Assembly (NCBI GenBank): GCA_951406725.2
Contig: OX597829.1
Span: 49,538,001-49,602,000, forward strand
Reading direction: 5' to 3'
DNA length: 64,000 nt
From: Octopus vulgaris
Lineage: Eukaryota
In this document: positions 1-12,210 of the stretch, one piece after another
How positions within the stretch are numbered: position 1 is the stretch's first letter
Layout of the letters: each line of letters starts with the position of its first letter
Program-made: the position numbers and the translations under genes
Notes under the pieces: generated by a model
The model's input: only the letters and a program-made list of their open reading frames with translations
Told to the model about the DNA's origin: nothing
Databases searched by the model: none

Positions 1-163
1 ATATTAATAGTTATCGCCAAGCTAATAAGGCAGTCCACAAATAATATAGGACGAATGCTGCTGTTGAATAGCTCTAAAAGGCGATGGCCTCTTGGAGCTA
101 ATCAACGACAGCATTCGTCCTATATTTCTGGACTCTCATATTAGCTTGGCGATAACTATTAAT
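1..163. repeat. Imperfect fold-back (hairpin) element next to (TA)n; left edge at window boundary
   Basis: ATATTAATAGTTATCGCCAAGCTAATA...GGACGAATGCTG...TAGCTC is mirrored by GAGCTA...CAGCATTCGTCC...TATTAGCTTGGCGATAACTATTAATAT. Confidence 0.85.
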
Positions 164-859
164 ATATATATATATATATATATATATACTAGCATTATGA
201 TCCGTCGTTGCCGGGTCGTAGTGCTAGTGCATGTATATATGTGTATATATATGTGTACATATTACATGTACATCTATATATATACATCTACACATAAAAT
301 ATAAAATACAAAGTTATATCTTGATATCGCTAGTGATAACAATACTCAAAATATTATAACAGACTGGAATTGTAGGCCCGTCTCTTGCAATTTCGATCAA
401 TTGGATCTTGTCCTCCCTTTTGTATAGAAATATGGCTACAATCCAGCCTACCTCTACTTCATTAGTGGTTTGTGTTACGAATACACGATGATGGGTGGAT
501 AGATATTTGAAAAACATGGATTAAAAAGTATTATTTCAAAGAATGTCCGCCTGCGAGCGTTTTGAAATATAGGATACCATAAAATGTGTAGGAAATCCAG
601 AAACCTCTCCTTCGATAAATTCTGGTTAATATATGGCAGCTATTGCGAAAGTCTGACAAATATAAATTAAATGCTTTTTTTAAAGAAAATTAGGAAAAAT
701 TCTTAAGCATAAATTTTTAAAAGTTGTTGAAAACACCTAAGACAAAAAAATATGGGCTCATTAAATGGTGAGCTGCAATCACAGCTCTACTAAGGTAACG
801 TTATGTACTTCGTACTCTAGTAATTCTAAAAAATATATTTAGTAATTTGTATAATAATA

Positions 860-1276
860 GGCGCAGGAGTGGCTGTGTGGTAAAAAGCTTGCTAACCAAC
901 CACATGGTTCCGGGTTCAGTCCCACTGCGTGGCATCTTGGGCAAGTGTCTTCTGCTATAACCCCGGGCCAACCAAAGCCTTGTGAGTGGATTTGGTAGAC
1001 GGAAACTGAAAGAAGCCTGTCGTATATATGTGTATATATGTATATGTATGTGTGTGTTTGTGTGTCTGTGTTTGTTTCCCCAGCATTGCTTGACAACCGA
1101 TGCTGGTGTGTTTACGTCCCCGTCACTTAGCGGTTCGGCAAAAGAGACCGATAGAATAAGTACTGGGGTTACAAAGAATAAGTCCCGGGGTCGATTTGCT
1201 CGACTAAAGGCGGTGCTCCAGCATGGCTGCAGTCAAATGACTGAAACAAGTAAAAGAGTAAAAGAGAGTAAAGAGT
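860..1276 (+). mobile_element. tRNA-derived SINE, family A (CORE-like central block)
   Basis: GGCGCAGGAGTGGCTGTGTGG A-box, GGTTCAGTCCC B-box, CTTGGGCAAGTGTCTT block, (AAGAGT)n tail; many copies in window. Confidence 0.9.
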
Positions 1277-1441
1277 AATAACATTGTTATTTTAAAAGAG
1301 TAAAGACCACGTTCGGTCATGAATGACCATGGGATTGCACCTAGGAAGTACCCCTCTGAGGTACAAATCCGGGCAAGGTTGTTTATGGAAGACCAGCAGT
1401 CACCCATGCATACCAGCCTCTCCTCTCCCCACTACTGATGT

Positions 1442-1924
1442 TATCCAAGGGATACGCTAATACAGCTTGCCACCTGTGATGTCACAGCTCATTTCTACAA
1501 CTGAGTGAACTGGTGAAATAAAGTGTCTTGCTCAAGAAGAACACAACACACAGCCCAATCCAGAAAGCTACATTGTTTTCCCACGAGAGTTCTGGACCCC
1601 AATATCCAAGGGATAGGCTAATACAGCTTGCCACCTGTGATGTCACAGCTCATTTCTACAACTGAGTGAACTGGTGAAATAAAGTGTCTTGCTCAAGAAG
1701 AACACAACACACAGCCCAATCCAGAAAGCTACATTGTTTTCCCACGAGAGTTCTGGACCCCAATATCCAAGGGATAGGCTAATACAGCTTGCCACCTGTG
1801 ATGTCACAGCTCATTTCTACAACTGAGTGAACTGGTGAAATAAAGTGTCTTGCTCAAGAAGAACACAACACACAGCCCAATCCAGAAAGCTACATTGTTT
1901 TCCCACGAGAGTTCCGGATCCCAA
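1442..1924. repeat. Tandem repeat, 3 x 161 bp
   Basis: TATCCAAGGGATA... recurs at 1442, 1603 and 1764. Confidence 0.95.
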
Positions 1925-2395
1925 TAATGAACTCATTTGCATACAGCCAATCAGAGTTCAACTTGACCATGTCAAGTTAACAAACACACTCTACCAAGTA
2001 AACTCAAGATGAGGAACGGTGTTGTTAGTCGATCGATCGCCGAGTTGTGCCTGATTTTAGAAGGGGACAAGTAATTAGATAGATTTGCATCTATACCTGT
2101 ACTATCGGGTTTTGTTAGGGCCCCATATGGTAGAGTTGTGGATGGGAAGAATGTGGGTACACAACAACACAAATAACTACACAGAGGTAGCCATGGTTGA
2201 AACAAGAACAAGAACAACAAGCATTCTTAAAAGTGAAAACAAGCATGGCCATTCTTTACCCAAATGACCTTATCTTATCGCCCATCACTTGATATGCGCT
2301 CATAGATTAGTTTGATTGTAAAACTCCGATTGGCTGTATGCAAATGAGTTCATAACAAGGGTCCAGAACTCTCCCGGGAAAACAAAAAAATTCGC
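1884..2395. mobile_element. Non-autonomous TIR element (MITE), ~65-bp imperfect TIRs
   Basis: TTGTTTTCCCACGAGAGTTCCGG...ATGAACTCATTTGCATACAGCCAATCAGAGTT vs AACTCCGATTGGCTGTATGCAAATGAGTTCAT...GGGAAAACAA; possible ATCC TSD. Confidence 0.75.
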
Positions 2396-2862
2396 ATCCG
2401 GGAATCCAACTCACAACTCCAACATTGCAAGCCTGATACTCTAACCACTGAGCCATGCGCACATTGTTCCAAAGATTAAAATTGTTACTTTATTCACTGT
2501 TATAATCCAATTAAGTCATGCCAAAAGCAAATGTACGAAGACAAATTCTCAAGTTTGTCTGGTGCTGAAAATTTGCAAAATTTATAAGATTACTGGAAAT
2601 TAACTGAAGTAACGATAAACGACACAAATAATGACACATTTATTAGAATTGCAAATTTCTTCACAAAGAGCAAAAGTTAAACTACCAGTTAAGAAAGATG
2701 GCGGCGGGGAGGGAAGTTTCTTATCTTTGCTACAAATTGCAAAGAACAGTTTTAAGAAATAGAATAATTTGGAGTTAACTTGTTGAAAAATTAAACGGAT
2801 TTGTATAGTGAAAGTAGTTAATCTTTCTCCTTCTTTTTTTCTCTCCTCACCTATTTCTCCCC

Positions 2863-2906
<44 letters not shown>

Positions 2907-2907
2907 T

Positions 2908-2944
<37 letters not shown>

Positions 2945-2983
2945 TAGTTTACATTTAATACATATATATATATATATATATAT

Positions 2984-3155
2984 AGGGAGAGTTTAAGAAA
3001 AAGACGAAGACATGTGGTGTACGAAACAAACAGATGTATTAGTATAACGCTCAGGAATAGAAAAAGTCTTTTACGTTTCGAGCCTACGCTCTTCGACAGA
3101 AAATGACACAGAAAAAACAAGGAGAGAAAAAAATGTGTGTAGTGGCAAACGATCT

Positions 3156-3160
<5 letters not shown>
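2984..3160 (-). mobile_element. Short (TA)n-embedded PLE-type 3' remnant with minimal hammerhead motif (3068-3103)
   Basis: Reverse complement TTTT CTGTCGA A GAGC GTAG GCTC GAAA CG TA AAAG; related to 3840-4034 and 27011-27162. Confidence 0.7.
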
Positions 3161-3216
<56 letters not shown>

Positions 3217-3314
3217 TAGTGTACATTTAATATATATATATATATATATATAAATTAGTGTACATTTAAATGCAAATTTTCCTGCCCTATATATTTATAT
3301 ATATACATATATAT

Positions 3315-4030
3315 TTCTCTCTTCGCTTCTTTGCGTCACATAGGTTCAACTCTCCTCCCTTCTTCATCTAACCCTCCTCCTTTCTCTTCTCTTCCTCTCA
3401 CATCTACTTCCTCAAACTCCTTCTCTTGCTCTGGCACCTACTTCCTCTCTTCACTCCTACTATCTTCTCCCTTCCACCCTCTCCCTTCATCGTCACCCCT
3501 CCCTCGTTACCCCACACCTACCATTCCAACCCCACCATTCCTATACATCCCACCCTTACTTCCCCCACTCTAGTCTCCCCCACACCACCATACCACACCA
3601 CACCGCACATCACACCACCCCGTAACAATAGCACTGACTACTTGCCAGCATCCACACCAGCGCATACACACCTATACATGCACACACACGCACACGTCAA
3701 GGTCACCAGACCCCATCCACACGCACATACATGCTCTCACATACACACGCATGCGCTCCTTCGTTTTGGGATTACCACTACTTTGTTATCTCCCCTTCTT
3801 CCTAGCTCACCTGTGTGACCCCTCTGCCCAGCATCCGCCATGATAGATCGCTAGCCACTAAGCCTTTTCCTATTTTCTCTCCCTGTTTATTTCTGTGTTC
3901 CTTTCTGTCGAAGAGCGTAGGCTCGAAACGTAAAAGACTTTCTCACTTTCCGAGCGTCAAACTAATGCATCTGTTTGTTGCTTACATACCCGCCTTCGTC
4001 TTTTGTTTTTTTGTTTCTTTTTGTAAATTC

Positions 4031-4034
<4 letters not shown>
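3315..4034 (+). mobile_element. Non-autonomous (TA)n-embedded element: C-rich body plus 3' module with hammerhead motif (3901-3936)
   Basis: CTTT CTGTCGA A GAGC GTAG GCTC GAAA CG TA AAAG; flanked by TA repeats on both sides. Confidence 0.65.
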
Positions 4035-4071
<37 letters not shown>

Positions 4072-4499
4072 ATCGTTCCTATTATGCAGAAGTGTCTTAA
4101 GTCCAAAACATTGCTTTTTTAGAAAACCAAAAAATAGTTTCACCATTCCATAGCAAAGCCATTGTACGGCACCTTGACAATTTTTGATATCTTGGCATCT
4201 GAAGAAACTGGAGGTACGACAGTCTGACCAAAAGAACCGGCTATTGCAAGCCAAAATAAATATTGAAAAAAAAAGATATTTGGCCAAATTTGGACATATG
4301 ACAGTTTAACATAATAGCAAAGATATATATATATATATATATATACATACACACGCACATATGGATACTTATAAATATATATGTAATATATGGATATGCA
4401 CATATATAAATTTATAAATTTATATGAATAAATATTTGTGGGTGTTTGTGAATTCTAATTGATTTGCTTTTCGCAGGAAGGAAAGTTTCTTGTCGAAGA

Positions 4500-4561
4500 T
4501 ACGTCCCGCTTTTATCCTTCGAAACGTAGAGTAGATGAAACCTTAGCGACTGAAGAAGGGG
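4500..4561 (+). ncRNA. Non-circularly permuted hammerhead-like motif (copy 1)
   Basis: TACGT-C-CCGCT-TTTA-TCCTTC-GAA-ACGTA-16nt-AGCGA-CTGAAGA-AGGGG. Confidence 0.65.
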
Positions 4562-5401
4562 TTTTTTCGTTGTGTTAACTGTCCTGTACTCCATTTTTTG
4601 TTGTTTTTAAAAAAATGTCCTGTTCCTTTGGTTTGTGTCTATGTTTTCGTTTCTCTATGTGTTCGACGTCCCTTTGGTGTCCTGTACTCATATATGCGTG
4701 TATATGTACATGTAGAGGTAGGTACGTACATATATGTTTATATATACGCATATGTTTTATTTCTTTTATTAATATATTATACGACTAAACGCACGCACCC
4801 TCTTAAGTAAGATTGTTCTGTATATCAAGTTTCGCCTTGATATTAACTCTCACGCGCACTCTGCTCCTTCTTTCTTTCTTTCTTTCTATCCCATCCCCTT
4901 TTCGTCTTTTTTCCCTCACTTAACTTGTCTCTTCCTCTCTCTCTCATTCTTCATTCTCTCTCTCCCCCTCACCATTCTTCATGGTCTCCTCGCACCATTC
5001 CCCTTCTTTTCTCCCTTCCTCTTGCTCCTCCTCCCCCATTCCCGTCGTCCATCTGCGACGATACTTCCGCCGTAACTGCTAACGGTCTTTCTCGCCCGCC
5101 TTTTAAGGCTACTGGACGACTTTTCCTGCTCTCTCGTCGTTCACAAAAAATTCAGCGTTTGCAATACTTTTTTCGTTCGGCGTCAACAGCCCTTCTTATC
5201 TTGTTCTCCCTGTCCTGTCTTTTACTGTTATATATATTTTTTTACTGTTTATATATATATTTTTTTACTGTTTATATTTTTGTACTGTCGTTACTGTCTC
5301 GTTTTTTTACCATTTTTTTACCATTTTTTACCCCTCTGCGAAAAGATCTCAGAATTTTAATTGATTTGCTTTTAGCAGGAAGGAAAGTTTCTTGTCGAAG
5401 A

Positions 5402-5463
5402 TACGTCTCGCTTTTATCCTTCGAAACGTAGAGTAGATGAAACCTTAGCGACTGAAGAAGGGG
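5402..5463 (+). ncRNA. Non-circularly permuted hammerhead-like motif (copy 2, perfect stems I and III)
   Basis: TACGT-C-TCGCT-TTTA-TCCTTC-GAA-ACGTA-16nt-AGCGA-CTGAAGA-AGGGG; stem III TACGT/ACGTA, stem I TCGCT/AGCGA, GUC triplet. Confidence 0.75.
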
Positions 5464-5804
5464 TTTTTTCGTTGTGTTAGCTGTCCTGTACTCCATTTTT
5501 TGTTGTTTTTAAAAAAATGTCCAGTTCCTTTGGTTTGTGTCTATGTTTTTCGTTTCTCTATGTGTTCGACGTCCATTTGGTGTCCTGTACTCATATATGC
5601 GTGTATATGTACATGTAGAGGTAGGTACGTACATATATGTTTATATATATGCATATGTTTTATTTCTTTTATTAATATATATATATATATACATATACAA
5701 GAGCACACACAAACACATATGCATTCATAATATATTTTATGTATATTTACAATTATCTATATAAGTGTTCATATACATTTATATGTATATATGTATTTAT
5801 TGTA

Positions 5805-5857
<53 letters not shown>

Positions 5858-5919
5858 ATGTATGCATGTATATACACACACACATATTTAACATTGGTAT
5901 CACAGAAGGTGTTCAGTAA

Positions 5920-6752
5920 GGCGGCGAGCTGGCAGAAACGTTAGCACGCCGGGCGAAATGCGTAGCAGTATTTCGTCTGCCGTTACATTCTGAGTTCAAA
6001 TTCTGCCGAGGTCGACTTTGCCTTTCATCCTTTCGGGGTCGATTAAATAAGTACCAGTTACGCACTGGGGTCAATATAATCGACTTGATCCGTTTGTCTG
6101 TCTTTGTTTGTCCCCTTTATGTGTAGCCACTCGTGGATAATAAAGAAATGGGTATTTCGTCTGCCGCTACTTTCTGAGTTCAATTCCGCCGAGGTCGACT
6201 TTGCCTTTCATCCTTTCGGGGTCGATTAAATAAGTACCATTTACGCACTGGGATCGATATAATCGACTTAATTCGTTTGTCTGTCCTTGGTTGTCCTCTC
6301 TGTGTTTAGCCTCTTGTGAGTAGTAAAGAAATAAGAAACGTTAGCACACCGGGTGAAAAGCTTAGTGACATTTTGTCTGTCTTTACGTTCTGAGTTCAAA
6401 TTCCGCCGAGTTCGACTTTGCCTTTCATCCTTTCGTGGTAGATAAATTAAGTACCTGTTACACACTGGGGTTGATCTAATCGACTTAATCCGTTTGTCTG
6501 TCCTTCTTTGTCCTCTCTATGTTTAGCCCCTTGTGGGTAATAAAGAAATAAGAAACGTTAGCACACCGGGTGAAAAGCTTAGAGACATTTTGTCTATCTT
6601 TACGTTCTGAGTTCAAATTCCGCCGAGTTCGACTTTGCCTTTCATCTTTTCGTGGTAGATAAATTAAGTATCAGTTGCATACTGGTGATGATCTAATCGA
6701 CTTGCCCCCTTCCCCAAAATTTCGGGTCTTGTGCCTAGAGTAGAAAAGAATA
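5920..6752 (+). mobile_element. Tandem cluster of ~4 SINE family B units
   Basis: GGCGGCGAGCTGGCAGAAACGTTAGCAC head; GAGTTCAAATTC B-box; repeated GCCTTTCATCCTTTCGGGGTCGA block. Confidence 0.85.
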
Positions 6753-7603
6753 TCGTTTCTTTCATTTTTCTAGGGAATTCTCTGTGGTGTTTTATGACCA
6801 GCTTCATCTGGTCAACTTATGAGGCTTTTAAAAAAAAAAATTATTATTGTTTGTTTTTGTTTTGAGAAGAGAAATTAACTTCAAGCAACATTTTTTAAAC
6901 ATTATTTTGAAACACTGTTTTCTAAATCTGTGAGTGCACAATTGAAAAGTAGAGGACGGGTTCATTGCCGTCAAGCGCCGCTCACTTTTGAGCAGCCAGT
7001 TATTGTCCCATTTTTGTTCGACGTCCCTGGACCTTTGCAACATCTTTGAGAAACACGAATTAAATTTTCTTAATAAATCAGTACAGCTGGTGGCGCTAGT
7101 AGTATTGGTGTTGTTAGTGCTGTTAGTGTAATTGTTATCACTACGCTTATGTTGACTATGTTGTTGCTGCTTAGCCTCAGGTCAGACTTGATGAAGCAGA
7201 ATTATGATCAAAGCAGTCACGGGGTTAGTAATTAATTACAAAAATATAAAAAGTAAAAATGATTTCTAATTCATTAAGAGGAAAAAATGCTAATTTATTA
7301 TGATAATACGATGAAAGAATAAAAAAGTACTTAATAAATTATTATTTATTAATTTAAAAAATTGACAAACATCCCTTACAGCTCTTTCAATTCGGACCCT
7401 CAGAAAATTAACTAATTCAACAAATGGTCAATATTTTGATGCTATGCAGGTTCTATTTCCTCGTGCATTTTATCTTTAATGTATGCACTTAACGCACGAG
7501 GTTACGTAATTGATTTCTTTGGTTGATTACAAATCATGTCTGATTACATATCATGTCAAAATGGAAAATCGGAATCCTGTCTTTTGTTCTGTGGCATTAC
7601 ATA

Positions 7604-8440
7604 CATCATCATCATCATTGTTCGACCGTGGTCGAGACAATGGAATTTACCATGCTACGCCAGACTTCACGGTCCATCATGGCATTACGGAGGTCCTGTT
7701 GCTGGATGCCTGTACCCCTGGAGATTACATCAGGGTAGGAGAGTGTGCGCCCTCTGGTATCGCGACCGTGGTCGAGACAATGGAATTTACCATGCTACGC
7801 CAGACTTCACGGTCCACCATGGCATTACGGAGGTCCTGTTGCTGGATGCCTGTATCCCTGGAGATTACATCAGGGTAGGAGAGTGTGCGCCCTCTGGTAT
7901 CGCGACCGTGGTCGAGACAATGGAATTTACCATACTACGCCAGACTTCACGGTCCATCATGGCATTACGGAGGTCCTGTTGCTGGATGCCTGTACCCCTG
8001 GAGATTACATCAGGGTAGGAGAGTGTGTGCCCTCTGGTATCGCGACCGTGGTCGAGACAATGGAATTTAGCATGCTACGCCAGACTTCACGGTCCATCAT
8101 GGCATTACGGAGGTCCTGTTGCTGGATGCCTGTACCCCTGGAGATTACATCAGGGTAGGAGAGTGTGCGCCCTCTGGTATCGCGAGCAGATGGCTTCCAG
8201 AGGAGAAGAGTAGAAATTGCCTCTTTTTCAGCTCTACAACAATGTCCAGCAAACTGGACTCTCCTACCTTTCACAAGAGATGACACAGGTGGTAGTTTCC
8301 CATATATTTGCATTTTGGTTGGATGACGCTTCCACGAGAGATTTTGAGCTCTCATAAGGAGGCGAGTGTAGGTTCCATCCAACCGCCTCTCCAGCTTCTT
8401 TGATAACGTCCAGGTTTCTGAGCCATATAGTAGAGCCATA
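7604..8440 (-). mobile_element. 5'-truncated RTE-type LINE 3' fragment with (ATG)n tail
   Basis: ORF 8005-8439 LLYGSETWTL...FAGHC...AMMDREVWR matches the RTE ORF2 C-terminus; (CAT)n at 7604-7618. Confidence 0.85.
7623..8184. repeat. Tandem repeat, 4 x 140 bp of the RTE 3' end
   Basis: CGACCGTGGTCGAGACAATGG at 7623, 7763, 7903 and 8043. Confidence 0.95.
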
Positions 8441-8936
8441 GTGGCATTACAGAAGTGAAGGGTGTACCGCTTGTTATATAACTCTTGCTTTGTGACCTCA
8501 GTTTGTTTCGAATTAATGTATAAAACAATAAAACAGTATTAATTCTTGTATGTTCGTATTTCTGTACATATATGTATATGTGTGTATGTGTGTGTACTTA
8601 ATTATTTGTAGGGTTCGTTTGAATCAAGGTATTTCAATATTAAGGACACTAGACGAGGTTCGAGATATGCACATTCGTATATATATATATATATATCATA
8701 TACAAGCACCTTCTTATATGCCTATACACATACAGACATAGCCATACATTTACGCGCGCGCGCACACACACACACATATGCTTACATATATAAATATACA
8801 CAAGTGCAAGCATGTATGTATATGTATTTATATTATATATAGTCATATCCACCCTTAGGGGTTAGCCATATTCAAATGGCAAATATACGTTACGATGTGT
8901 TGCTGCTACTGTTTATAACTCGCTCTGAGATTTATC

Positions 8937-8995
<59 letters not shown>

Positions 8996-9367
8996 GTATT
9001 CCAATACCCTCTAGGAAAGAATATATTTTGAAACTTATTAAAAATATTAAGGATTTTGTTTTTAGGGTTAAATGGGAAGCCTACCATTATAACTATAATA
9101 AATACTTTTTGGTTAGTTTACAAAAAAAGGTAAAATTTTAAAGTTTAAAAATTTATAAATTTAAAATTCAAAATATAAAAATATAAAAATTCATAAATAC
9201 AATTTAAAAATGTCAAATTTCAATAATTTAAATTTTAAATTTTATATCTTATATATATATTTTGTATATTATATTAATTATATTTATTATTTTGTTTTTT
9301 TATGTTTTGGTTTATGTCTATCACTGTTTGAGTTGCATAATAGTGGTTTTATCTCTAATTTAATTTT

Positions 9368-9441
<74 letters not shown>

Positions 9442-9443
9442 GT

Positions 9444-9714
9444 ATCTTAACATGGCTAACCACATAGGGGAGGGGTGTTACTGTAGCTTTATAGCCCCAA
9501 GAGATCGTCGTCTCCAGCTGGCTTTAGACACCATTTCAGTGCCTTTGAAGTATTTGCAAATGGTGTCTAAAGCCAGCTGGAGACGACGATCTCTTAGGGC
9601 TATAAAGCTACGGTAACACCCCTCCCCTATGTGGTTAGCCATGTTAAGATGGCTTCTATACTTTACATTATCGAGCGATTACTGTTTCAATCTCATTCTG
9701 AGATTTAATAATGC
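9444..9714 (+). mobile_element. Fold-back element in (TA)n: 93-bp inverted arms plus one-sided tail
   Basis: Arms 9444-9536 / 9558-9650, tail 9651-9714; similar to 27209-27570 and 8850-8940. Confidence 0.85.
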
Positions 9715-10094
9715 TATATATATATATATATGATGTATGTATGTATGTGTACGTATAAATATCCTCATGCCATAGAAACAGAAATCGAAATACATACATT
9801 CTATATACATTTTATCATTCTATATATCCTTTTCCTTGTTATGGATCCAAGTGGCTCGCGGAATCATGCTTAGGTAAATACACATACACAGGGCTTCATC
9901 GGCAGGTGAAAGAGTGAACATCGGCCTGCATATTTTACAGATCTTTAACGACTAGTTCTATTATCTAACATGCAGTCTATAACGAGATAATAAACTGTAT
10001 ATACGTGGAATTGAATATGAATGTCCCAAAATTAAATTCAGAACTAATCACATTGAATTATTAAAGACTTAAATCAAGACATTAGAAATAAAAC

Positions 10095-10308
10095 GTGTCT
10101 TGAATGGCACTACATTGCAGAGTTGACTATAATAACTGTTATAATTTAATTATCCATAGTTTGATAAAATGATATTTCGGAATATAAAAATTTCTAGCGA
10201 TTTCTGAAGAAGGAAGTTTTGTAGTCCGAAATATTATATCAGGCTGTAGATAATTAAATTATAACAGCTATTATAGTCCACTCTGCAATGCTGTGCCATT
10301 CAAGACAC
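10095..10308. mobile_element. Older fold-back element containing a hammerhead-like motif (10199-10240, +)
   Basis: GTGTCTTGAATGGCAC... / ...GTGCCATTCAAGACAC arms; GATTT CTGAAGA A GGA..TCC GAAA TA TT ATATC. Confidence 0.65.
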
Positions 10309-11052
10309 CTTATATTTTACAAACAATGCACAATGCTTCAAGCGAACTACGATACTCTCCTAAAACATTAGAATTGAAATAGTTTCAATAAAAATAATTT
10401 TCTAGATATTATTTTAGACTTAAAAACAAATAAATCTTTTACATAAACCAACAAAATAACAATATGCAATACATGTATTTTATTTTCACATCGAATTTTT
10501 TAAACAATATTTGTTTCTTCATAGATGTTATTGCACGAGACTATATTTCTACAAATATTTCATATTGCGACGGCAAAATGTATCAACTCTGAACGTGTGT
10601 TCAATATGCAACATTTACAAAGCAATATACTCAATCTCTTTGAAAGACAAAGCTCACAATTGCTAATGCTCAGTCTATAGTGTTTAGCAAATCTCCAGCA
10701 TACCATATTAAGAGTTTAGCATAAAATTATATTAATAGACAACTTATGTTTTTCAACCGATAGATTTTCTTTCGACAAACAATGAAGCAACATTTACAAA
10801 GTTTCTCGACTTGACTGCCGACATCTCTTATACCCATCTCTTATGTTCCTGCCTTAAGGCTTTCACTCTATACACGCCAGCTCAATTTGATTCGTCTTAG
10901 TCGAAAGACACCTGTTGTTATTTTCTTGATGTTGGTATTTGTAACTGTGTGATATGTTCTCCGTATTTTGTCTTTGTCGTAAACATTCGCTTGCTTTCTC
11001 ACAAAAAGTCTAATGATCTTTGCTTAGAGTTTTTTGGGACAGCCTGATTTGA

Positions 11053-11116
11053 ACAGTCTCAAGTGTAACTTCCCGAAACTATAACGACTATCTGGAAACT
11101 TGTCTGAGGAGAGAAG
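11053..11116 (+). ncRNA. Non-circularly permuted hammerhead-like motif (decayed)
   Basis: ACAGT-C-TCAAGT-GTAA-CTTCCC-GAA-ACTAT-15nt-ACTTGT-CTGAGGA-GAGAAG; one mismatch in each stem. Confidence 0.6.
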
Positions 11117-11234
11117 GCTACGAATGACCCGTCCTTGTCTTTTTTCTTGTCCCTCTATTTGCTGTTTTTCCTGTTCGCCTTTGTATTGTCTATCTGTCCG
11201 GATGTTTTATTGTCCTCTATTGCTTTTTTGTTCC

Positions 11235-11340
<106 letters not shown>

Positions 11341-11341
11341 T

Positions 11342-12210
<869 letters not shown>

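Larger units (their letters stand above)
1301..2460 (-). mobile_element. tRNA-derived SINE (family D) interrupted by a MITE and a tandem triplication
   Basis: Minus-strand head GCGCATGGCTCAGTGGTTAGAG...GAGTTGGATTCCC at 2400-2460; body TGTGTTCTT..TTGAGCAAGACACTTTA continues left of the insertion. Confidence 0.65.
4456..5680 (+). mobile_element. Non-autonomous element with ~320-bp direct terminal repeats (pLTR-like partial tandem)
   Basis: 4456-4776 is nearly identical to 5358-5680 (offset ~902); CT-rich interior; each repeat holds a permuted hammerhead-like motif. Confidence 0.75.
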
